Source: Mizuhopecten yessoensis
Lineage: Eukaryota
Assembly: GCF_002113885.1 (NCBI RefSeq)
Contig: NW_018408080.1
Span: 417,199 to 481,198 of the forward strand
Direction: 5' to 3'
Length of the DNA: 64,000 nucleotides
Numbering within the stretch: the stretch's first letter is position 1; the number at the start of each line of letters is the position of its first letter. Made by a program: the position numbers and the translations under genes. The notes beneath the pieces are model-generated. The model saw only the letters and a list, made by a program, of their open reading frames with translations. It was not told where the DNA came from and ran no database searches. Positions 1 through 12,331 of this stretch are shown here, piece after piece.

Positions 1-3000
1 TAGAGTTAACAAGCTTGTGCACTAGAGTTAACAAGCCTGTGCACTAGAGTTAACAAACTTGTGAACTAAAGTTAACAAGCCTGTGTACTAGAGTTAACAA
101 GCCTGTACAATAGAGTTAACAAGCTTGTACGCAAGAGTTAACAAGCCTGTGCACTAGAGTTACCAAGCTTGTACACAAGAGTTAACAAGCCTGTGAACTA
201 GAGTTAACAAGCTTGTGCACTAGAGTTAACAAGCCTGTACACTAGGGTTAACAAGCCTGTGCACTAGAGTTAACAAGCCTGTGCACTAGAGTTAACAAGC
301 TTGTACACAAGAGTTAACAAGCCTGTGCACAAGAGTTAACAAGCCTGTGCACTAGAGTTACATTGTAACAGGCCTGTGAACTAGAGTTAACAAGCTTGTG
401 CACTAGAGTTAACAAGCCTGTGCACTAGAGTTAACAAGCCTGTGCACTAGAGTTAACAAGCTTGTACACTAGGGTTAACAAGTGTGTGCACTAGAGTTAA
501 CAAGCCTGTGCAGTAGAGTTAACAAGCTTGTACACAAGAGTTAACAAGCCTGTGCACAAGAGTTAACAAGCCTGTGCACTAGAGTTACATTGTAACAGGC
601 CTGTGAACTAGAGTTAACAAGCTTGTGCACTAGAGTTAACAAGCCTGTGCACTAGAGTTAACAAGCCTGTGCACTAGAGTTAACAAGCTCGTACACAAGA
701 GTGAACAAGCCTGTGAACTAGAGTTAACAAGCTTGTGCACTAGAGTAAACAAGCTTGTATACAAGAGTTAACAAGCCTGTAAACTGGAGTTAACAAGCCT
801 GTATACTAGAGTAAACAAGCCTGTACACTAAAGTTAACAAGCTTGTACACTACAGTTAACAAGCCTGTATACTAGAGTTAACAAGCATGTGCACTAGAGT
901 TAACAAGCTTGTACACAAGAGTTAACAAGCCTGTGAACTAGAGTTAACAAGCTTGTGCACTACAGTTAACAAGCCTGTACACTAGTGTTAACAAGCATGT
1001 GCACTAGAGTTAACAATCCTGTGCATTAGAGTTAACAAGCTTGTACACAAGAGTTAACAAGCCTGTGCACAAGAGTTAACAAGCCTGTGCACTAGAGTTA
1101 CATTCTAACAGGCCTGTGAACTAGAGTTAACAAGCTTGTGCACTAGAGTTAACAAGCCTGTGCACTAGCATTAACAAGCCTGTGCACTAGAGTTAACAAG
1201 CCTGTGCACTAGAGTTACATTCTAACAGGCCTGTGAACTAGAGTTAACAAGCTTGTGCACTAGATTTAACAAGCTTGTGCACTAGAGTTAACAAGCTTGT
1301 GCACTAGATTAAACAAGCCTGTGCACTAGAGTTAACAAGCCTGTGCACTAGAGTTACATTGTAACAGGCCTGTGAACTAGAGTTAACAAGCTTGTGCACT
1401 AGAGTTAAAAAGCCTGTACCCTAGTGTTAACAAGCCTGTGCACTAGAGTTAACAAGCCTGCGCGCTAGAATTAACAAGCTTGTGAATTAGAGTTAACAAG
1501 TCGGTACACTAGGGTTAACAAGTGTGTACACTAGAGTTAACAGGCCTATGCATTAGAGTTAACAAGCTTGTGCACTAGAGTTAACAAGCTTGTGCACTAG
1601 ATTAAACAAGCCTGTGCACTAGCATTAACAAGCCTGTGCACTAGAGTTAACAAACCTGTGCACTAGAGTTAACAAGCCTGTACACTAGAGTTAACAAGCT
1701 TGTACACTAGGGTTAACAAGTGTGTACACTAGAGTTAACAAGCCTATGCATTAGAGTTAACAAGCTTGTGCACTAGAGTTAACAAGCTTGTGCACTAGAT
1801 TAAACAAGCCTGTGCACTAGCATTAACAAGCCTGTGCACTAGAGTTAACAAGCCTGTGCACTAGAGTTACATTGTAACAGGCCTGTGAACTAAAGTTAAC
1901 AAGCTTGTGCACTAGAGTTAACAAACCTGTGCACTAGAGTTAACAAGCCTGTACACTAGAGTTAACAAGCTTGTACACTAGAGTTAACAAGCCTATGCAC
2001 TAGAGATAACAAGTTTGTGAACTAGAGTTAACGAGCTTGTACACAAGAGTTAACAAGCCTGTGCACTAGAGTTACATTCTAACAGGCCTGTGAACTAGAG
2101 TTAACAAGCTTTTGCACTAGAGTTAACAAGCTTGTGCACTAGAGTTAAAAAGCCTGTGCACTAGCATTAACAAGCCTGTGCACTAGAGTTAACAAACCTG
2201 TGCACTAGAGTTAACAAGCCTGTACACTAGAGTTAACAAGCTTGTACACTAGGGTTAACAAGTGTGTACACTAGAGTTAACAAGCCTATGCATTAGAGTT
2301 AACAAGCTTGTGCACTAGAGTTAACAAGCTTGTGCACTAGAGTTAACAAGCCTGTACACTAGTGTTAACAAGCCTGTGCACTAGAGTTAACAAGCCTGCG
2401 CGCTAGAATTAACAAGCTTGTGAATTAGAGTTAACAAGTCGGTACACTAGGGTTAACAAGTGTGTACACTAGAGTTAACAGGCCTATGCATTAGAGTTAA
2501 CAAGCTTGTGCACTAGAGTTAACAAGCCTGTACACTAGTGTTAACAAGCCTGTGCACTAGAGTTAACAAGCCTGTGTATTAGAGTTAACAAGTCTGTACA
2601 CTAGAGTTAACAAGCCTGTGCACTAGAGTTAACAAGTCTGTGCATTAGAGTAAACAAGTCTGTACACTAGGGTTAACAAGCCTGTACACTAGAATTAACA
2701 AGTTTGTACACAAGAGTTAACAAGCCTGTGCACAAGAGTAAACAAGCCTGTGCACTAGAGTTAACAAACTTGTGCACTAGAGTTAACAAGCCTGTGTACT
2801 AGAGTTAACAAGCCTGTACAATAGAGTTAACAAGCTTGTACGCAAGAGTTAACAAGCCTGTGCACTAGAGTTACCAAGCTTGTACACAAGAGTTAACAAG
2901 CCTGTGAACTAGAGTTAACAAGCTTGTGCACTAGATTTAACAAGCTTGTGCACTAGAGTTAACAAGCCTGTGCACTAGCATTAACAAGCCTGTGCACTAG

Positions 3001-3330
3001 AGTTAACAAACCTGTGTATTAGAGTTACAAAGTTTGTACACTAGAGTTAACAAGCTTGTACACTAGAGTTAACAAGCCTATGCACTAGAGATAACAAGTT
3101 TGTGAACTAGAGTTAACAAGCTTGTACACAAGAGTTAACAAGCCTGTGCACTAGAGTTAACAAGCCTGTGTACTAGAGTTAACATGACTGTACACTAGAC
3201 CTAACAAGCCTGTGGACTAGAGTTAACAAGCCTGTGCACTAGAGTTAACAAGCATGTGTACTAGAGTTAACAAGCCTGTACACTAGACCTAACAAGCCTG
3301 TGGACTAGAGCTCACAAGCTTTTGCACTAG
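1..3330. repeat. 22-bp tandem satellite, ~150 copies, consensus TAGAGTTAACAAGC(C/T)TGTGCAC; runs off the window start
   Basis: 22-nt periodicity is directly visible, with recurrent 29-nt variant units (TAGAGTTACATTGTAACAGGCCTGTGAAC). The array ends at ...TTTGCACTAG, ~3330. No unique spacers. Confidence 0.97.
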
Positions 3331-3585
3331 GTAAAAACAAGGAGAAATATGTGGTCATTTTGCGTGTGAATTGTATTCAGTTTTAATGACTCGTTTGAAC
3401 AATTTTCGTAACTACTGTGTTCTATTCGTCCTATTGTAAACATCTATAGAAGTCGAATAAAATGATCGAATAACGCTTATTGGCTTGAATTAACTTTTGA
3501 GATATCAAAAAAATATGCTGAAATGTCAACAAATCTCTAGAAGTCAAAAAAGCTTCGGAACGAATTTGAAGAAAAAAAACCCATT

Positions 3586-4020
3586 ACATGGCAGCAATTG
3601 CAAAAGATTAAGGAGGATAAGACCAGATGTTCCGGAAGGGTAATCCTCTTCTGCTTCATCGACGGCAACCGCTATGTGAGTATAGGTCGAATCGAACATG
3701 GCGGCAATTGAAAAAAAAAGAATAAGGAGGATAAGACCAATGTTCCGGATGGGTAATCTTCCTCTACTTCGTCGACACCCTCCATGTAAATATAGGTCAA
3801 ATCAAAGTAATGATGAGTGCCTGGTGGGTTCAATGAAACAATGACGCATATAAACGAGTACATCAAAAGCATCGCATAGAATATTTCCGAACACGATCAT
3901 AATTTCTACCATCAAAAAGTGTCTGTAAATTTCAACTAACATCGTTTAAAACCTTGCGTCGTAAGTTTCCCGATCAGCAGACGACATCTATCACGGAAAA
4001 CATTATACACAGAGGAAGCT
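3586..4020 (-). mobile_element. Decayed 3' end of a Penelope-like retroelement: RT C-terminal remnant followed by two ~110-bp tandem terminal repeats
   Basis: Minus-strand translation from 4019 reads ASSVYNVFRDRCRLLIGKLTTQGFKRC*LKF, then after a frameshift FDGRNYDRVRKY. This resembles the C-terminal region of Penelope-like RTs as I recall it (xxYxxFxxRxxLLxxKLxxQGxxxxxLKxxFxKFxGR). The repeat units start at 3586 and 3696. Confidence 0.6.
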
Positions 4021-5592
4021 AATTCATTTTGACGTTCTGTAATATAATACTGTTTATGTTAAAACTACCTCAATAGCGTAACTGATAATATTGTAATAGT
4101 TCTATTTAAACTATGTCACACAGGTACATGGCCACGCTTGGTTGATTCTGATCTACCTTTAGATTGTCCGTACAACAACGGGTGCTGATGTACTCTATCG
4201 TATCATTCGTGTAAACGCTCATACCATGTTTGTTAAGGAACATCATTTCTACCTTTTGTATTATTTATTATTTAATTGTCATGTCAGCGAATTGATACAT
4301 GTTTCTTTGAAGGTATTGGGTATTATGATTGCTGAGAAGTGTGTTTGTATCATTTTGATATCGTTGTTAGTTAGCTTTTTGATTAAATATGTAAAAAGGT
4401 TTCACCTTTCCTAAATATCATTTATATTGTACTAAAAGTTCTTTTACGCTTAGCACGTGCAAATTATTTTTTTTTATAACGAATGGAAGACCCTTGTAAT
4501 CTTATTTACTTACTTATGTATGATCATGCGAATAGAAGCGCGTGTTATAAATCGTTGGTAAAACATTATAGAAAGTTGGTTGTAAAGTTTTATATATAAA
4601 TATATAAATCCAGCATCCATTCAGTGTGTTCAAAATGAAAATTATAGAAAAAAATACTTTCTTTAAAAAAGCCCAAGATGTTTTCTATTGTATGTGTGAT
4701 GTTCTCATACTTCTTTCATATCCTTTTATTCCATAACAAACACTGAGTTTCATATCGAACATGATCACCAAAGTGTACTGAGTAGTGTGATCCACAGCAG
4801 TCTATCTGATCACACTAAATATGTTGTTACATTGAAATTTAATACATTGCTCTCCATTACTCTTCCTCGGCAAAAGTATGAGGCTGTTTTTCTGGTCCCT
4901 GGTTATGTCCTATCGTTTATATTATAAGAAGTCAGGCATGCGATTAACAAAAGATCCGTAAAAAGTTATTGTTCTTTTCAGCTTTTTATTGTTTACGTCA
5001 TAGAAAAGTTATATTTCCGTACTTCTAGTGACATTATCGTGTATAATGACTTTGTGAGAAAAACGAGTAACCGACATCCTACAATTTACTGGTACAGTAT
5101 CTAAATAAAATTGTAATATGACGACCAATAACTTAAACTTAAATATTTCTATATAAGCAATTTATGCTTCATATGCATATTTCACATGCGTCCATATAAT
5201 AAAAAGAACACGGCAAACAATATACGTCAAATGCAACACTGTTTTATTACATCAAAACGAGTAAATAATGAAAATATATTGAGACTTTGAACCTTGTTAA
5301 AACAAGACAAAATGTAAATGGTTTATTATGCATAAATATATCTCTTTCTATAATGATTCATATGTAAAATGAAAATAACAGAATACTGCTAAAAAGAAAA
5401 GATCTTCATAAAATCCTTTATTACATAAAAAATGTCACTTTAGGCTACCTCGAATTATTTTTTACTTAACTCATTCACCAATAAGGACACATTTGAACTC
5501 TTCCAGTTCAAATGTTGGAATACTTTATTATGAAATTTCAGGGGTGAATGATTTAAACTAGTATTTCCTGTAAGCCATACTAAAATACGCCA

Positions 5593-5850
5593 GGGTTGTC
5601 GGGAGGTGCAGTGGATAGCGCACCCGCCTTTTACCAAGTCGACCGGGTTCGATTCCCAGATCGGACGTGAAATTGTATGGCGTCACCTGTCCGACGACGT
5701 GGGTTTTCTCCGGGTACTCCGGTTTCCTCCCACACTAAGACCCCCTCCCACGCTAACATCCGGGCCAACAAGAGTGATTGATATACGTTAACATCACTTG
5801 TGTCATAATTGTTGTAAAATAGATCAAGTTTATATACTAAAACAAGTTCT
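5593..5850 (+). mobile_element. tRNA-derived SINE with V-domain (V-SINE type)
   Basis: A-box-like GGTGCAGTGG (~5605), B-box GGTTCGATTCC (5646-5656) and V-domain motif GTGGGTTTTCTCCGGGTACTCCGGTTTCCTCCCACA (~5699-5733). A second partial copy lies at ~57260. Confidence 0.85.
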
Positions 5851-6140
5851 AGCTTCTAGGCTGCGGTCAACCTCGGGGACTGAAAGTCAAAAACAATTTT
5901 ACCTTAACGGCAACAAAAACGCACAAACATGTACCAAAAGTCAACAAAAAATAGCAGAGATCAAGGACAGCAAACAAAACATTAGGATATAGAAAAAATA
6001 CAAAAGTATGAATCCCTCCAACCCCCAACCGAAAAAAAAAATACAAAAGATTGCGTAAAGATATTGCATAAAATATAAACCTCCCACCAATAAGACAATT
6101 AAAAAAATTAAAAAAACAGTATTAAAAAATATATATTTAA

Positions 6141-6233
6141 GGATTGACCTTCATGTTGACGGCGTATATGGTAGAATGAACTCGGTTGGCAACGAACATA
6201 TTCTATGGTGCGCGTCATAATGAAGGCCAATCC
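6141..6233. mobile_element. 93-bp hairpin MITE with GG...CC ends and TTAA flanks (Kolobok-like)
   Basis: TTAA|GGATTGACCTTCAT...ATGAAGGCCAATCC|TTAA. The inverted arms continue imperfectly inward. Confidence 0.6.
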
Positions 6234-6922
6234 TTAAATTTACATTCAAAAGGTGTTTAAATGATACATTACGCAGAAAAAGTCAAAGTGGGTTGCCACA
6301 ATGGTAACATCGGCAGCCTTGGTTGCTAAAACAATATAGTTCCAGTTATTCTACATCGATATATGAGTAACTTTAGAAAATACGCAGTGAACAGCAATAT
6401 TTGTTTCCTTTCATGGTTTTCAAATTCAAAACTGAGCAATGTGAGAAGCCCTCCGAACTGTTCTATCCATTTACAACGGTCGTCATGTTCGCACATTGAC
6501 ACACTGCTCATGGAGTGACGCGGTCGAATGTTTCAGAACAAAGCAGCCATTGTTGACGTTACCGCCAAAGAAATGTTAACGTGCATCCATGGAATAAGAC
6601 GTTTGTCAGCATTTTTTTGTTGTATCATTAGACACAATGGATCCCGAATATGTTCTGTGTATCTAGCTGGTGAATGAACCAAGCATTGGTTGTCATTGGA
6701 CTGTTATCTTGCTGAAGCGTAAACGGCGCCTTATTTGAAACGGGTATCAATCCACCGAACCTTTTTTCACTGCATATACGCTAATTTATACTCAATCAGA
6801 CTTTACTAAGCTAAAGGAGGGAGACATGTAAATATAAGAATGTACAACTCCCCACAAATCTATACCACATATCACATCTGAGTGTATAAAGCTCTTCAAA
6901 AATGAACAAAAAAATCACAAAG

Positions 6923-6928
6923 TTTATT
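6923..6928 (-). terminator. Candidate polyadenylation signal (AATAAA) for IL-17-like gene A
   Basis: TTTATT on the plus strand, ~330 nt past the stop codon, followed on the minus strand by GT/T-rich sequence. Confidence 0.45.
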
Positions 6929-7258
6929 AAAACGATTAAATTGAGATAAAATCTATCTTAAAAAAACACTAAACAAACTACATCATACATGCACCTTCAG
7001 GTTTTGTATATTAAACACTGTATCTTGGTCCCTTAACATATTTTTTCATAAACTTAATTTCCTCTTATTTCCGATTGGTAAATATATATCGTATACTGGT
7101 TCATATAACACGACCAGTGACATGCTTCAATGTGTAGACTGACAAAGCTATAGACAAGGAGGTGACAAATAGTGTACGAGATGACAATCAAATCGACAAG
7201 TCAAGTCATTAAGCTCGGAGACTTAGAACAATAGGATCATTTTAGTGAATTCTTGCAT

Positions 7259-10200
7259 TTAAGTATTCCGCCGAGGTAAACATATGCACCCCACCGCAAC
7301 TTGTTGCATTTCGACATTATAAACAACCTCGCCATTTCTACACGTTCCAGACTTTCTGAGAACCGGAAGTTGTCGATGAATAGCATGGCACATGTTGTTC
7401 TGTCCAACAAGGCAATGTCTACAGAGACATCTGGTTTGGGAAATGTTGACAGGAATTCGGTCAAGGTCGGACTCGATGAAATTATAGGAAGGACAGACTG
7501 TATTCATAGCGCCTTGCTGCATCAGTGAACGCCGAGACGGGCATCGATCGTCATTGGGTACAGGACTGTAAACAAAAAACAGATTAGTTTTACATTTTCC
7601 ATAAATCGCAGAGAACAATATTTAGCTAAGTTTTGCATTTATTTGAAAAGTTACTAAAAAATAATTAAGGAAGAATCAATACTAGTATATCAAAATTATG
7701 TTTTTTTTATTAAAAAATAAAAAAGTAACAATGGTCACAATTTGTGGAACTTCTTTCTTCCATAATTTTATGCTTTGTTCAACAAGTTGGCATTATTGTG
7801 TTTCAAGCGATCCGTCTGATTACAAAGAGAATAGTGTTTAGATGATGAATGTGATAATTGATGTTACAAAATTTTATGTTTACATATTGTTTGTGTTTAA
7901 AAACCTGACGACTTGTAAGCTGAATGCAAATCTTTTGAAAGCATGTCTACATCGCTGAGGAAAGTTTGAACATCCGGTTTTATTCTGAAAGTACTTGTTC
8001 TGGTGTCTCCATCTAAATATTTTTTTTATATATAAAGACATATTCCAGGGGCGCAGATTGTAAGTGAGGATAACCCCTTGGATTTCGAGGATGAGTTTTG
8101 CCCTAACTTTATCGATTTTCAGTTCGAATTTGTTGATACTTTCATATTCTCTTGTTGTTTATTGAGGAGCACGATGACAAATGTAAAAAATAAAAAAAAC
8201 GTTTTCGAAAGTTCAGAATTTCAGCTCCTTAGATTTACAGAGGGAACCAATCCACCTGTCGATCAAGGCTTGTGTTAGACCGAAAACTGAAACATCCCGT
8301 TATACTAACTCCTTCGGCAGTTTTCGTTACTAAATCACGGAAATGAGCGAGCCAATCAGGTAAGACGTAGGAGGAGCATGTACTGACCTGACCCATCGTT
8401 GTTGTTATCGATCGTGTGATAAAGGCTCAATTATATCAACAGAACAGAATGGTTTCCGGAACTTGCGGTTCGAAATATGGTATTCGAAGAATATCACCGA
8501 TTTTTGTTTGACATAATAAATTATAAAAGTATAATAGCTTTGACTTTCAGGATATATCTTCGCCCCAGGAAAAAAAGCTATTGTTGCATGGAAATCAGAA
8601 CATTCAACCTGACCCATCGTTGTTGTTATCGATCGTGTGATAAAGGCTCAATTATATCAACAGAACAGAATGGTTTCCGGAACTTGCGGTTCGAAATATG
8701 GTTTTCGAAGAATATCACCGATTTTTGTTTGACATAATAAATTATAAAAGTATAATAGCTTTGACTTTCAGGATATATCTTCGCCCCAGGAAAAAAAGCT
8801 ATTGTTGCATGGAAATCAGAACATTCAACCCAATGCTTCAAATGTATACAAATATAAAGTGTATGACTTACTCTCCGTAGGGGGAATGACTGTTTATGTA
8901 AAGATACTCCGGAAGGGTACTCTTGAGCTGAGTTAAATCCTCTAAGCTTGGTTCTCTACACACCACCGCAGCAGACAGGCCTACAGTCAAGATCAGAAAC
9001 AGCAAGGCCACCTGAAACAAGGCATTTGACATATAATGAAAGAAGGTAAAAGGATTATGTTTATTCTTTAGCAGTACAATAAGTAAGTTTTATAAATCAG
9101 TGTAAAGCTCGTGTACAAGGTGGTGAGAAATCATGAATGAAATAAAAATCCTTATTTCTAAGCTGATCTATTTAAAGAATGGAAAGCTCAAAAGATATTA
9201 GAATGGAAAGTTTTCTTTTTGTTTGGAAAATGCAGACATTTGTTTTGATTCGTTTCTTAAACAAATAATCATATTGAATCCTTACACATGCAGTTTTAGT
9301 TTTGAATATCAATATATTTTTGAAACAGGTTGTTTTCGATAAGTCACCAATTATCTAATTATCCTTTGAATAACTTGTTCCAAAAAACTTTAAAAAGGTT
9401 TTCGTACATGACGTACCGGAAGTTAGCTATTTAATTTCCTTTCTTCGTTAAAACTTGCCCCTAAGCCATATACTCATGATTCGTGTCATTCTAAGTTTGC
9501 CATCAAATGAACATTTCTAACAATGCTTTCGGAACTAAATGATTAAGGCACATAAAACGTTTAACATTTTGGTTGTAAGTTTTAACACAAACCAGTAGCA
9601 ATAATGGAAACAGTTCAGATCTCTGGATATTCATGTTAATTTAGAGAAGCAATACGGACGATATAAGGCAGAAAACAATATAATGTTCGTGTAAAGATAT
9701 TTTAATGCAAATGGGATAGTTATATCATACGCCGTTAAATATTTTCGCTTTAGTCGAACATTCGTCAATTTCTTTGTCTGACGTATTGTTCGTTGCTCGT
9801 ATTTGTTAAGCAATGTTGTCTTGTCGCTTTGACACTAAATGCTTTGTACAATTAGTAATAATTTGTGGGAAAACAAACTCATCAAAGACTACATCAAATC
9901 TTATCCTTTGAAAACATAGAAGAGGTAAAATGATTTCATTCTTTCGAACAAATACTATTAACTAAATCGGCAACAAGTTCAAACAAAGCAATCAACTTGA
10001 TTTTATTTTTGCTGAGGTATTTTGCATGTGTTAATAATCCTGCATTTTGATTTATGTACATGTGTATAATTTAACCATCGATATAGGTAGAGTTCTAAGC
10101 TCGCATCTGTGTTGCATGTGTAATCTATGGATCTATCAGATCGAATTAAATTTTGTTACTTTTCACTAAAAAATGGTTATGTTGCGATTTTAATATGTCA

Positions 10201-11433
10201 ATGTGACATTGAAAATTGTACTTATCTATCAACAACAATTATCAATCACTAAACTGACAACGTGTTTGTAGGGTTGTCCCTTCATTGTCGTTCAAGTAAT
10301 ACGGATACACGTCGTATTTATAAAAGCACCTTGTTGAATTCGTCACGGTTTACTAGATATTTATGATGTAAATATACAGATTAAACGGCATTTAAAGAAT
10401 TGTTATGCAGTTATGATCCACAGTGACGTTCGTGCATACATATTCGCAGTAAACGCCCTTAATTGCATATTAATATATAAACCGCAGAGCATCCTACCTG
10501 CAGGCAAAACAAATAACAGTCAAACCAAGTATATTTAAGCTGTATGTTACTATACCATTAACGTTTTTATAGATATTAGACTGTTGTAATCAACTAATTT
10601 CAAAACGTAGGAACATGTATACAATTGATTAATAACACATATGTAATAAACTATTATCAGCAATGATATGTAATTTCATTTTAAAGATATTTGAAATATA
10701 TCTAGAAACAATTATGATACAAAACATTGAAAAAAATATGTAAAATTGCTTTTTCTTAATATCAACTAAAATGAACTATGACCGTAATGCACTCTTCATA
10801 TCACACGAGGAAACGTCATGATTGCTATCTTAATACAAATAACAAAATAAGATGCTGGAGATGCAATATAAAACGCAACAATAGGTAATAAACTGGTACA
10901 AGAAAGGACATCGTGAAACCCTACATAAAACCGGATGCCAAACAGATGCCCCAAGAAGGTAAATGCATCCTATCTAAATGCGACACCAATTATGCCCTTT
11001 GTTCAGTGCAAAACGTGTCTCGCACCAAACCTACACGACTCTAAGCTAATGCAGTATATATCTGTTCATGTACTCCAAGTGGAGGCAAAACCGTAATTCG
11101 AAATCGAAATTGATAAAACTAAACCAAAATACGAAAAAAACACAAATGAACAAACATGGAGGCTACTATAAAAGAAGAAGAGTAATAAAACCAGGTATTC
11201 CAGAAGGGTTACATAAATGACGACACACCATGTTTACCAAGGTTAAATCTACGAACTGCCATGTCCAGAAAGCGTGAGCCGGGTTAGTTACAAAGAACCA
11301 AAGCTCCCTAATGAGCATAACCTAAAACATAAACCGTCACATCATACTCAGAAATAGTATATTTTCCTATGCCATCATGATATCATAAAAAGTAAGTTCA
11401 AATTATATACATTACCTTGATAAAGTACGCCAT
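7259..11433 (-). CDS. IL17: Interleukin-17-like cytokine A, secreted, 154 aa; exons 11433-11416, 9011-8872, 7565-7259
   Basis: The spliced product is MAYFIK|VALLFLILTVGLSAAVVCREPS...SPYG|DPVPNDDRCPS...VCPSY...DRIP...TRCLCRHC...MC...LPVLR...C...VAVGCICLPRRNT. All junctions are GT-AG with compatible phases (0, 2). It has a signal peptide and the IL-17 cystine-knot pattern (CP, RxP, CxC...C, V-x-V-G-C-x-C). Confidence 0.92.
8386..8827. repeat. Tandem 221-bp duplication in intron 2 of IL-17-like A (8386-8606 and 8607-8827)
   Basis: The two copies differ at only one site that I can see (GGTATTCG vs GGTTTTCG). ACC microhomology at the junction. This explains the duplicated spurious ORFs. Confidence 0.95.
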
Positions 11434-11490
11434 AGTAGTCAATATTGTTTTGCTGCAAACTCAAATTAAATCTTGATGAAAAAAACGAGC

Positions 11491-11519
11491 TTTTATATTG
11501 TTTAATGAAAGGAAAATCC
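11491..11519 (-). promoter_or_regulatory. IL-17-like A core promoter: TATAAAA plus kB-like GGAAAATCC
   Basis: TTTTATA at 11491-11497 (TATAAAA on the minus strand), 58 nt upstream of the ATG. GGAAAATCC at 11511-11519; the same 9-mer occurs in the paralogue's promoter. Confidence 0.55.
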
Positions 11520-12294
11520 AAAAAATCCACATGCTTCCGTTTTCCTATAATAATAGTTTTCCAGATTGGCTAGAACCGTTTCCGATCTGGTGGCCAGAGA
11601 AAATGTCATAGTGGGCATTCAAGACTTCCTTGTTGCGATGTACTTTGGAATTCTCAGGGTAATTTTTCCCTTCTTGTATAAACCATTTGGTATTGGAGGG
11701 GTTGTAATCCAAAACGGTCAGTATGTAGCACGAAACGCAATCCTACATGACTGTTGCAATTGATTGCGTGACCGACTACATTCCAGGTAGAGTTTCCTCC
11801 CTATTGTATTGTAATGGACCGGGTATCTCTAGGCCTTGAACATATGTCCTGACTCGCATTACTCAGCATTTATCATTAACATTTAAAATTAAAAACACAA
11901 CGCACTTAAACGTCACGTTCGCCTCCTTTTGTTTGTTCGCGGCTTTTGTTTTGTTTTGTTGTCTAATAATTACCAATCATTGCCTTTTTTGTGTTTTTAT
12001 TAAGGTTAAAGTTTTGACTTTCTGTTTCACTTGATAGACTTGCTTTGTTTTGAAATGAATCGTTTTCCGCATTAAATGCAATTAATAACGATAATGTACA
12101 TACACATATACTAATTCATGATAAAGAATTTCACAGTGTTAAACAACAGAAATATCCAGTATGTTTTTTTCATGAAAGTGAATGTGTTTTTTATGAAAGC
12201 AATTCTTTAAGCTATTGTGGCGACCGCTGAAATAAGCTGGTATTGAATAAGTTTATTATTACCTATCTGTCATATAATTTTACATCTATCTTCG

Positions 12295-12331
<37 letters not shown>

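Noticed and set aside
1-3330. CRISPR array or repeat-protein ORF
   Set aside because: Contiguous monomers with no unique spacers, no cas genes, eukaryotic context, and a 22-nt period carrying TAG/TAA stops.
5593-5670. Functional tRNA gene (also the heads at 18910, 24609 and 29720)
   Set aside because: A/B boxes are present, but there is no complete cloverleaf and each continues into SINE or repeat body sequence.
8405-8880. Duplicated small ORFs on both strands
   Set aside because: A product of the 221-bp intronic duplication.
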